Position numbers and translations under genes: made by a program. A DNA stretch of 50,375 nucleotides, counting the filler, from Catajapyx aquilonaris (taxonomy: Eukaryota), in NCBI GenBank assembly GCA_000934665.2. It is 2 parts of 2 records of this genome, joined end to end, with 100 filler letters (N's around TTAATTAATTAA, not from the genome) between each part and the next. Parts side by side here need not be neighbours in the genome. Positions count along the whole stretch, not along the records: positions 25,111 to 50,375 come from JYFJ02005401.1; 1 more part is not named here. The stretch is one strand, 5' to 3'. The notes beneath the pieces are model-generated. The model was not told where the DNA came from and ran no database searches. It saw only the letters and a program-made list of their open reading frames with translations. Positions 37,930 to 48,622 of the stretch are shown piece by piece; the stretch's first letter is position 1, and the number at the start of each line of letters is the position of its first letter.

Positions 37930-38247
37930 CTAAACTAACTTGTAATACGTTCTTGACCAATTTAGTTCGCATTACAAGTTGGGTGCAATACTGCCCTAAC
38001 CCTTTTTTCACGCGTGGCCACCTTATTTTGTTCATTCTTAGAGTGGGTGGTGCATCATCATCATAATAGCACATAAATGTCCCTTATTAGTGCCTTGTAT
38101 ATTGGGGGAGATATGAAAATTGTCATATGGAAAAGGTGATTTATGGGTCATCTCAAACTTTCAACTTCAGTTTTCTCAAAATCAGGTTTGGGAGGGTTAG
38201 GGCGGTATTGCACCGACCCCTTCAATTGTTAAAGTAATCACTATGAT

Positions 38248-38303
38248 ATTTTTAACCTTAAGGAAATGAACACTGCAGTGTTCATTTCCTTAAGGTTAAA
38301 AAT
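38248..38303. repeat. Perfect 56-bp palindrome with no spacer
   Basis: ATTTTTAACCTTAAGGAAATGAACACTG|CAGTGTTCATTTCCTTAAGGTTAAAAAT. Confidence 0.95.
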
Positions 38304-39531
38304 GAGAAACAAAAAAATAAAGGAATAAGGAAATAATAAAGGAACCCCGCAAACTCTTTATTTTTAGACAAATTGTTGCCTTTGCAAGGATGTATCATGT
38401 TAAAAATTGACAATTCCTAATTCATTATAAATAAAAAAAATTGATTTGCCTTTTTTTTCTTTTTTGCCCCACTGGCACTGGGTTCAAAGTCCTTAACTTC
38501 GTAAAGTCATTGTCACCGGGAGTTGATTTTCTCGGTTTCATTTTCCAATATTATAATTTCGAGTTGTATGGTACCCTAAAAGAACTGGTCCATAGGCCAA
38601 AACCTCAAATAATATCCGAGGACTGACTTTGTGACCAGTTGATGCGGTCACAAAGCCACTCGCAAAACAACGAAATTAACTTTATACCCTTTTATCTTCT
38701 ACAAAATAAGTTCAATCCTGCATCATCTTTTATAATGTCTTAGCCAATGTACAGTACGATGGAATGATGTAAACTCGTATTTTCATTCTTAAAATGTCAA
38801 CATATTTTACTCTCCTTGCAGCTGTGCTGGTCGTTATTTGATATATTAATTATTAGTCAACGTTGAGCTCGCAATACTCGCAGTTTGCAAACTTGAAACG
38901 TGACCGCCAACAAAGCACCAGGTATAGGAGCTTTCCAAGCTGGCCTCTAGGTGTCACCACATACGCAGCCATCTATTGGGGCCAGTTTTAGTCGAGTAAT
39001 TAATAGAATTGTGGTGCGATATTCGAAAAACTAACACGTCACAAAGTCACCCCACTTACGGTATTATTAGGGGTCCAAGGGTACATGTACAAGCACGATA
39101 AACAGTCCTTCCCATTAATTTTAGCCTTTTTCTCATCGAAAAAAGTCTGATAGAATGGCTCTGTCCGTCTGTCTGTGGACATGTATCAGGGCCTAAACTG
39201 TAAGAGATAACGATAGACGGTTTTAAGATTCGGATTTAGCGAACCCTAAATAGGTTTCATGGCCAACTTCCTTTCCAGGTTCACTATATCCGCCAAGGTC
39301 ACATCTACAGAGAGGTAACTGTATAAATTGGGTTCCTTGTCAATGAGAAATGAGACTGAAAGCAATCAATGTCATTGTTGTCCAATTAGAATATTGGCGC
39401 GTTTGTCAGCCTCATTTTCTGCTGGCCAATAAGGAAAAGTATACTCAAATCATGATCGCGAGATTTGCCAATCTTGTTTATCTCCGAGAGTACTAGAAAA
39501 ACACAATTGAGATTGTAAGATCACGTACTAA

Positions 39532-39770
39532 CCTCCTGAGACCCAGAGAAGAAGTGAGTGACGCAATGTTGTATTTTCTGAACATTTTGCCAATAAAAAA
39601 TGAGACAAAATTATAGTTCTAAAATTTGACAAAAATAATGACAAAGAACCAATGAGAACATTAGGACTAAATTGCTGCTACAAAAGCAGAATGGATGAAG
39701 GCTGAAAATTTGAATAAATTTAAATAAATTGAGAACCTGAGGTAACACCGGTGATACCAGGGGTCTGAGG
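39532..39770. mobile_element. Small insertion (CCTCCTGAGACCC...GGGTCTGAGG) in the right TIR of the large element
   Basis: Absent from the left TIR (CATTTGTTTAGTACG at ~35314-35328); short inverted termini. Confidence 0.7.
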
Positions 39771-41210
39771 ACAAATGATGGAAGATCACATGTTAATTTT
39801 GTAGTATTATTTCGACTTGACAGGCAAGAAAGGTCAAAGGTCACGCAATTTTACCTCGACAAGAGGCGTCATTAACAGCCAAATACAATTTATAGCAGGA
39901 GGATTCGTACCGTTGTTGCAAAGAACTTTTCATTCATTTTGAGAATGCTTACGATGCACATGAATGCTGAAATGAGCAGATATGTAATGGAAATTTTAGC
40001 AATTTTTCTTCCTCCCTCCTCCATATTTAATTTATATCTCCGTAACTACGCGCGACACAAAATTGAAATTTTCAGGAACTTATAGAACACGGATGGATGA
40101 TCATGTGAATATTTTTCACATATTTTTGTGACCTCCTATGGTCGAAAGGTCAAAGGTCAAATATTTTGACCTCAAAATATGAAAGGTCACATTTTGCAAA
40201 AAAAAAATCCTTTTTGGTGCAGGAATTTTGGGCAAACCTTCCAGAATTGAAATTCACTTCAACGATGTCAGTGGTGCCAATAGTTGCCGAAATGTGGCAG
40301 TTGACGTGATGATCAAATTTTAGCACATGCAAATTTTCACCGGGTCATTGCTCGTGACCTATGGATGCAAGCGGATCGAAAAAATTCACACACTCACATG
40401 TGAACATAACGTTTCTGTATGCCAAATTTCAAAATTCTAAAAAAATGCAGGGTGGACATCTGATTTTATTTTATCTGATCTCACCTGGAATGACCCTATG
40501 GAAAGCAGTGGTGGTAGATGAAGAGAAATTAGGGTAAAAGGGAGATATGGAAAATGGTAAGAAATAAGGGAAATTTCCGAAAGAAAGTATCGCATACAGA
40601 ATTTATCTTTCAATATATCGATATTATGAGAAGTTAAGTTAAGTACGGTGTGGGTGGTGTTCCCCCACCCTAAGACGGCCTCACGGGATAATTTAAAAGA
40701 AGTAGTTAAGTTAGCCTGCAGAACAGTTTAAATATTCGACAATAAATATCAATGACTTTAATTTCACTGTTTACCGGTCTTTCCATGTTGAGGGATGTGT
40801 GCACGTCTGGGGGGGGGGGGGNGTCGCGAATTTTACGAGACTATTCGTGGGGTCGCCAACGAAAATAATCGGGAAGCACTCATCTAAAACCTTTGGAAAT
40901 ATATATTGGGGCCTGTTTTTATTTTTTAAAGGGTCGTAGAGCAAAAAAAAGAAGAAGCTCAATTCCCCTAATAAACGTTAGCGTTAGCTTCCGCTAAATT
41001 TTCGAGCTGTTTACCGTTAGCGATTTAGCGAAATCAAAGTCTACAGTTATCTGATTAGCTGTTAGCGAAGATAATATTTTTCTGTAAGCTGTGTCCCCCA
41101 CTTGTCGCAGGTATGTCACTGCTTCCCTTGCTTCTTTCATGATTATCGTCGTCATCACGCTTACCTTGCATCCTATGGTAAGACACCTCGCTTGCTTCTC
41201 TAAGCGCAAA

Positions 41211-41460
41211 GCCCGCTACACAAATTCGCCGGAAGGCTGGGCGGGCGGCAAGAGTGCGTTTGGGGGCGTGGTTTGGGGCGCGGAACTGGTGCGGTGGCAA
41301 TCGCACAAGTCCATCCAGTTGGACTTGAGCGATTCCCACCGCACCAGTTACTGCCCGCAGCGCCACCGCCGAATTTGTGAATTGCCACTCTACTCACATT
41401 CAGCGCCCCAATCGCACGTTTTCCGCCCGCTCAGCCTTCCGCAGAATTTGTGTAGCGGCC
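41211..41460. mobile_element. PIF/Harbinger-type (Tourist-like) MITE
   Basis: GCCCGCTACACAAATTC..CGGAAGGCTG ... CAGCCTTCCGCAGAATTTGTGTAGCGGCC-TTA; palindromic throughout. Confidence 0.8.
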
Positions 41461-41786
41461 TTAATGGTAGTTATTTTTTGTTGCATTGCGTTTTATGCGC
41501 ACAACTGAATGTGGTTTTCGTCTTTAGAGGAAAATCTGCCTAACGATCAAATGGGATCCACAACAGTAACCCACTTTGGCAGCAAGACGTTATAACTTTT
41601 TGAAGATCTAACTGTGGGGTTTTATTGTTGGATACAATTTATGCAGTGTCATAGTTTTGAAATTGGCACATGAACTTTTGAAATATGCAAATAGTATTGG
41701 TTTCCTTATGCTTGTATGAACTTGACGAGTGTTATTGAGGCCATCTTGCTCTGGAGCTAAGATGGTAGTAAGTGGTTAAAAATATA

Positions 41787-41997
41787 CAGGGTGTTTCAAC
41801 TTTTTTGTCCGAACAGTTATCTGAAATGTTGCACTATATGCTGCTACTTTGTAATCAGTGACTTGCAACCAGTTTGTCGGAGGAATAGGAAATATTCCCT
41901 GCGAATCTTAGGTTGAAGTGACCTACACTGCTTACAAAGTAGCAGCTTAGTGCAATATTTCTGATAATTGTTCGGACGAAAAAGTTGAAACACCCTG
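41787..41997. mobile_element. Tc1/mariner-type MITE
   Basis: TA-CAGGGTGTTTCAACTTTTT ... AAAAAGTTGAAACACCCTG-TA. Confidence 0.88.
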
Positions 41998-42125
41998 TAT
42001 TTAATCATGCAATACATCATGTTTTTTGGTACGGTGGCATGTTTACTCAGTTCAGATGCGTGTGATTGCTTGAGACGTGTAGCCTGACATTTTGCTATCA
42101 ATTGTAGGCAGGTGGATTGTCTAGT

Positions 42126-43199
42126 ATGGCCGCCAGTCTAGAAGGGATGAAGATCGAGGTTCCGACGACACGTTATGTTGATCCTTCAAGGTAAGAACTA
42201 ACTCCTATTCTAACGTCAGTGAATAATAAATCAGTGGTTTCCAACCTTTTACCAACAGTGACCCCCTAACACCCCCTAAACATGTTTCTATAAATGTGCG
42301 ACCCCTCCCCCCCGGCCCCTTCTAAAACTGCCCCCTTTCCAGAAAACATACACTCTGTACGGCCGCAAAAATGGTTCAATTGGCTAGGAAATTGCAAAAA
42401 AATTAGTTGAACCAAGGCTCGCGACCCCCCGCGACCCTGCCCGTGACCCCCCCGGTTGGAAACCACTTGAATAAATGATCTCCAGTTTGTAAAGTCACTG
42501 TCGCTTCCTTTCTTTGCCTCTGTATTGAAACACTGGGAGATAAGGAAAGAGATTTAATTGATTTAAACCTCCATCGCACAAGAAGAACAAGTTTTGTCGC
42601 CTGCTACATTGTAATTGTAATCAATAATCATTATTGGATGTGTATATGACCTCCTCTTTCTTCAGGTACCTGAGGATGCGTGGAGACAGACATCTTGGAG
42701 TTCTGACGGCGAACTTCCGATGTTTTAAGTGCCACCAGCGAGGGCACTGGGTGAGGGATTGTACTTTCGGCCAGGTACGAAATTTACATCTGCTGTGTGT
42801 TTGCCCAGTCACAGCCCACACAGTTGTATTCCTTTGTATCATCAACAAACAAAATGATTTATCATTATTTACCTTGCATATTGCAAAACAAGGTATGCAG
42901 ACTCGCACACAAAAGTGCTTGGATGCTAGAGGGAACTGCACAATAGTTAAAAAGCTATTGATGAATGTTAGAGTATCCTAGCAAGACAATCACTGTGCAT
43001 ATGTCTCTTTGTCACACTGGGCACTGCACCCTTTTGTTTGCAGGAATCCTTGAAAGCAACTGGAATTCCCCTGGTTCCTGTGGAAGGCCCTGAAGTTCCT
43101 GGTGAATATGTCACTGGATATCCAGTATTCCCAGAAGCAAAAAGGGAGGTCCAAGAAGAGGCGGACGAGAAGGATGCGAAGAGAAAGAAAATTACATAA
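42126..43199 (+). CDS. RBBP6-derived zinc-knuckle mini-gene, 109 aa (exons 42126-42190, 42666-42774, 43044-43199)
   Basis: MAASLEGMKIEVPTTRYVDPSR-YLRMRGDRHLGVLTANFRCFKCHQRGHWVRDCTFGQ-ESLKATGIPLVPVEGPEVPGEY...KRKKIT*. Has a CX2CX4HX4C knuckle and the TGIP/VEGPEVPG linker shared with 29165-29277; GT-AG introns with matching phases. Confidence 0.78.
42232..42468. mobile_element. hAT/Charlie-type MITE in the intron
   Basis: CAGTGGTTTCCAACC ... GGTTGGAAACCACT; 8-bp flanks TAATAAAT / GAATAAAT. Confidence 0.82.
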
Positions 43200-46100
43200 A
43201 CAGGAACTGGTTGCTTCCAGTTGTTCCCGAAAATCAAAATGAAAGGCAGAACAAAAAAAAATACGAGAGAGTGGAAGTGGAGGAGGAAAAAAAGAACAAT
43301 CCGCGCAAAAAAAGGGAACAAAAGGGAAGGAGAAGGGAAAAAGGGTGTATAATCACCTTCGAATTTTTTTTACCAGCGATCCTGACCCTTGGTAGGATTC
43401 AACCGGACTGTACCGGAATGTAGGCTATTCTTCATTGTTGTTATGCAAGTTAAAAATATTTGTTTTTAAGGAGGTGATTATAAGTTTTTAATCAATTATA
43501 AAAATCGATTACATTGCTGAAAACAGTTACATACGCGGTAATTTTTTTTTCACAATTATTTGATTTCAGCTCTGTTTTTTAAAAAGGTCACTTGATTTGT
43601 GTGTTCTTGCTGAGAGTCTTTGATATTATGGGTCCCAGTTTGGTGAGAAATGTATTCCCCTGGCAATGGGCTGCGCACGAGGCGTTGGCCTTCAGATCAA
43701 TCTACCAGACCAAAGCAAACCACATAATTATATTGTGGATATTTTGCATGCAAGAATGATGAAATAAAGCACTATAAAATGATAAAAGGCTATATCACCA
43801 TACATTCTTTTAGATGTTCATTTTTCTCCTGATGGATGTGGCCAAAATTTGGCATATTAAAGGTTCAGTACTTGCTTCACTGAAGTAATGATGTTTAATT
43901 ATAGTAGGCTATGTTACATGCAGCTCAGCTCTTGCCATGTCCGGGTAGGAAATTGCCAGAAGGGCACGCTGGGTTTTGACCATGGATGGCCAAATTGTAG
44001 CTTTAAACCTTACTTGATGAGTAGCACAGTCCACCTTCTATTAATCCACCTTCTATGTTCAGAGCACAATAACATCATTGCTTACCTTCTTATCCCATTT
44101 CTTGGACAATGTATGCCCGCACCGCTTGGATGGATCTTATTATGTGGATTGGCCTGTCGCGCGATTCGAGTTCGTATTTTGGAAGAGTCCTGCAGATTTG
44201 AATGCCGTAAATGGTTTCGGCTCCATTAATGTCAGTTGAAAGTGAGTAATCGCCTGGCGTAAATGTCAAAGGTTAATACTAGCATCATAGTATCATATTT
44301 TGTGCAAATACTGTATTGTTTTTATCCTTCATACAAGGTAGATCAAAATGCATAAATCAGAATAAAATTGGATAGGGACAAAGTGTGCTTACTCATATAC
44401 TGTAGCACATACTATGCATTATTTATAATGCTTTTTTGTATAATAAACATAAAAATAACAATATCAACAACAATATTAATAATAAGCTTTTCTGACTGCA
44501 AATAATGTCACGAATCTCGTCCTCATTTGTCTCAATGTGATGGTGGGAAGTAGATGGTAACAACATTGAAGCTTGGGAACAAATCAGTCATATCATATAT
44601 TGATTTATTACGGCAAGTGTTTTTTTCTGCTCGCACAATTACTGCACACACATACATGTATCCACACATTCTGAAACCATGTCTACAATCATCCTGTATA
44701 GGGACAATAACAATATCCATCAAGGAGCCATTCATAATGAATGTCACGCTTGTTTTTGGATGTGTTGGACCCCCCTTCCCCATATCGACTGGTCACGGAA
44801 ATCTTGAAACCCCGTCCAATAGTACACAAATATACTAAAAACAGACGAATCAGTTTCACGATTATGACCAGCCTCTGTTGTTGTTTTAAACTATTTATAA
44901 ACCTGATGTAGATGTATTCTTTTTCAAGGGGGGATAGGACGGAGGGGAGCAAGGGAGAGTGAGATGAATCCAAAACCCCTCCCTATATGTACCAGTTCTC
45001 GAGTGTGACGTGACGTTGGACCACATTCCTTCCCCACCATGTCACGGTCCGTCACGCCAACCTCGATCCCCCTATCCCCGACCAGAGTGACGATTTCAAT
45101 GAGTGACTCCTAACAGAGAAAGACTGAGCTTCAAATACAGTATGGTATATGACTACATATAATATCTTTTTAAAACATACAATGCACTCTACCCTAAGAG
45201 GACAGGCTGTTTTGAGAAAACGGCCTAAAGATCACACCTCACACGTACAGTACGGCACACAAATTATATCCTATACAGCCGCAGCTCCTCAGGGTGAGAG
45301 AATGAATAATAGAGGGTAGTTTATGTTGGACAGGACTCGCGTGCTGGAAGGTGGGTCAGCCCATGTGATTTTTCGCAGCTGGAGACGGAAAGTTGGAAAC
45401 GGCGCGGCGTCATCCAAAACAACGTGCTAGTCCCGTCAGTTATTCTCCGACCACGTGTATAGTGCAAGCTAATGGAAGTTTAGGCTTGAGGGCTCAGGAT
45501 TCAACTAAACTTGCATTAGCTTTGGTGTTCTTTCCTTTAGCATTACCTAGTGACAGAAACACCCTCCAAGCACATCGAAAAAGGCACCATTCAGTCGATT
45601 TCGGTGTGTTTTGCAGTAAACTACTCTCTTTTTTGAGTTCTTTCATCATTATACAAACTGGTATCGCACTTTATTTTAAATCTTGGCACGCATTTGTGCA
45701 GAGCTGATATTTCCCCCCTTTGCTCTGCTAAGCATTTCCTTTTTTACAACTAGTGTGTGACATCATCACATAAACTACACTTTTCCAAAGCAAAAATAGT
45801 ATGTTACTAGTTAGTTGACATGTAAGGGTTTCAAAAAGTACTGTTCCAGCATCTAGTCAGAAGTAACGGTGGTTCTGTGAGTAGGACACCTACGAGAGTG
45901 TACCTAAAAGAGGAAGTCAACTCCATATGATTATGCGGAACGACTTTTTGTATCACTCCTATTTGAACCCGCACAAATTAACGTGAAGTGGCAGCAATTC
46001 ACAAATATTTCTCACTATTACAACACGATACTAAAATAACACCACCTCTTTGTAAGATTTGACGCACTCATCCCATTACAACTGCAGTGAACATTTTCCA

Positions 46101-46425
46101 AATGCCTCACGCTGATCATCTTTTTGTTACCGCTGACATTGTCAGAACACTAAGTTTGCACTTATTCAGCTTTTCTGGCTGATGTGGCATCCTTCCACTA
46201 ACATTTGAAGTTCAATTGTAAAATAATATTGTAGGGGAAAAAATACATGGTGGACCTTTATGGGCATCCCCCTTTATGGCATATTACAAATAAACACGCA
46301 AACTACAAGCCATCACGACATTTTCCTATATGAAAGGGGTAGTCAGCGACAAACTCATGGCTCAAGATGACTACTACTGTACATGGTGACTCTAAAGTCA
46401 GGATACATAGTTAATTGGATTACAT

Positions 46426-46524
46426 TGTTGGTTTCCAGTTGTGCCAACTCCAAGTGCCAAATGTGCCAACTCAACCTTTACTGAGTATGTACAATCTGCT
46501 AGTTGGCACAACTGGAAACCAACA
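46426..46524. mobile_element. Short hairpin repeat/MITE, second copy at 49328-49417
   Basis: TGTTGGTTTCCAGTTGTGCCAACT ... AGTTGGCACAACTGGAAACCAACA. Confidence 0.7.
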
Positions 46525-46628
46525 ACACAATATTCAAATACCTATGTATCCTGACTTTATAGTCACCCTGTATAAAAGAACACATTGGGCACAAATTGGT
46601 GACTTGTGTATATAAATACACTGATTCT

Positions 46629-46992
46629 GGGAGGCATGGTCGCCGAGTTGGTAACGACTCGGCTTGCTGAGCGGAAGCTCCCGGGTTCGATCCCCATCTG
46701 GGAGCTCTCTTTCGCCTGCGTCAGGAGGGTCTCGCGCCTTGGAGGCGTCTGGCAACCTAACCTCCAGGGAGACTGCACATGACCCAGTTTCAGACAATGC
46801 ACCAGCACCTGTGTCTCCTTCCCAAAAATCCCCATCCCTATCTCATGTCCTTTCTTCCCTGCACGGAGTTCGAAGAAATATACAGAGAATTGCTTGAAAA
46901 ATGGTGGTGTTCCACCCCCCTAAAAGAGTGCTGTCCTCTCTAAACTGGGTAAATCAATCAATCAATCAAATAAATAAATCAAATAAATCAAA
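46629..46992 (+). mobile_element. tRNA-derived SINE with (AATC)n/(AAAT)n tail
   Basis: A-box TCGCCGAGTTGG, B-box GGTTCGATCCC, simple-repeat tail, degenerate TSD AAATACACTGATTCT / AAATACGCAGATTCT. Confidence 0.85.
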
Positions 46993-48020
46993 TAAATACG
47001 CAGATTCTGCCCATGGTCACTGACTGGTGTCGAATTTTTGCAATGTCCTTTGTAAACGGTCAAGTGAATGGAAAGCCATAAAGGAGAAGAAACGCCCTCT
47101 CAGCTATTCTTTTAAAATTTTGCGCATAAAACTAATATTGAATATAATTATTCGTGGAACTGCGGCTGGCACTCCAGGAAAGCTGGATATGAAAAGAGCC
47201 TGTAGCCTGTACTATAATGCTACGGGCGCTACAGTACATGGCGAGGTAAAATTTCACTTTATCTCATTTTATCACTAACTATACATCTATGGCCACTTTA
47301 CGCAGATACAAAAGTGATGTATCAGATAAAATTGTCTAATATATTGGCCCTACCAACAAGATTCACACCATATACTTGACATTAGGTGCAATTACACGAT
47401 GGGGACATTTGTGCGCTTGATAGGTAGTCACGATAACTTAGTCACTACATCAGCTCACTTCCCATTATGGCCGAATCGAGATCACACGTCATAGCGACCA
47501 CATTTCGAGCACGTCTGGCCCGCTGGTGTAAAAGCATCTATAACTGCCATGAATAGCAACACAAATATTCTTGGTTTCGGATTTAGTCCATGATGTGAAA
47601 AGTACAAGACAAACAGTGACTCAATCGAGTAAATCAGGATATTTGTTTACATTGAGCTCGGGCTGAAAACAAGTGATGTGATTACACTTGTTCATTTCAT
47701 CACCACAATGTTTGCAGCATAAAAATTTTTACGCAGCAGATTTGAGGTTTGTTTAGATTGACGCAGCGGAATGCAGGAAATATTACTTATGTCGGATGAC
47801 AAGCAGGAGAAATGTCAGTGACATATGATCCTTGAAAATCTCATCCAATCGTGTTGTCGGGTAATATATTACACAGTCATCAAATTGTTTTCGCAAGGAA
47901 TGGGATAGTATTTACATCCATCTCGATAAACGTAAAATTCGTACCGTATGTTTAGGATATCCTAGATTCTAGATTTCATTGGGCAGTTTTACTTGGACCA
48001 GGCGGTGTAAGAAGCACTAA

Positions 48021-48147
48021 TGGCCGGTTTCATCAAGCCCGGTTTTCATAAAAACCCCGGTTCTTTCGGAAAATCCCTGCAAATAGAATAGGGATTTTCC
48101 GAAAGAACCGGGGCTTTTATGAAAACCGGGCTTGGTGAAACCGGCCA
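48021..48147. mobile_element. PIF/Harbinger-type hairpin MITE with TAA TSD
   Basis: TAA-TGGCCGGTTTCATCAAGCCCGGTTTTCATAAAA ... TTTTATGAAAACCGGGCTTGGTGAAACCGGCCA-TAA; near-perfect 127-bp foldback. Confidence 0.88.
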
Positions 48148-48622
48148 TAAGGGCAGGTTGTACCAGGCGGTATACATTAATAATCTCATATTCTCACCTG
48201 AGAAAATCTTCATTTGACGGAAAGGGCATTGCGCCTGCCTGTCAAATAGTGACATTTACAGGTAAAAATGTGAGATTGTTAATATCCGATGTAGTGCAAC
48301 CGGCTCTACAATGCAATGTTGTTCAAAGAGAGATTCAAATGTATGTGACAGGGCTAATAAAAGTCACCTTGCACTTATATTTTGTAATATGCGTTGATCA
48401 AATGAGTAAAATGCAATTCAAATGGGGCTGAAACATTTGGGCCATGCTCCTGGTCGTGAAGAGTTTCCCTCTTCGATACTACAAGTACCTCGCCAAGCCC
48501 TCCCTGACGACGGATCCTTGAGGGGGTCATGGTCTGGACAAGGTGGTATCTTGAGGCGCCTGCTTGTGGTTTTCAGTGGTCCCGGAAGGCTTCGTCGCAA
48601 GCCTTGGAGCTGTTAGACTGAC

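Larger units (their letters stand above)
35907..38223. mobile_element. Sola1-like non-autonomous element, AATT TSD, nested in the 34599-40496 element
   Basis: AATT-GAAGGGGTCGGTGCAATACTGCCCTAACCCT ... AGGGTTAGGGCGGTATTGCACCGACCCCTTC-AATT. Confidence 0.85.
34599..40496. mobile_element. Large non-autonomous TIR element (Sola2-like), ~770-bp TIRs, TATG TSD
   Basis: TATG-GGGTGATTCCAGGTGAGATCAGATAA ... TTATCTGATCTCACCTGGAATGACCC-TATG. 34599-35370 is the reverse complement of ~39480-40496 apart from one insertion. No transposase ORF seen. Confidence 0.88.

Noticed and set aside
34599..40496. Possible autonomous transposon
   Set aside because: No DDE/DDD transposase-length ORF in any frame; the interior is made of nested non-autonomous elements.
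41055..41543. Overlapping 65-150-aa ORFs on both strands
   Set aside because: Explained by the GC-rich palindromic MITE at 41211-41460.
43900..44840. Minus-strand exon-like pieces with splice-like boundaries
   Set aside because: Could not assemble a convincing spliced ORF or identify any motif; left uncalled.
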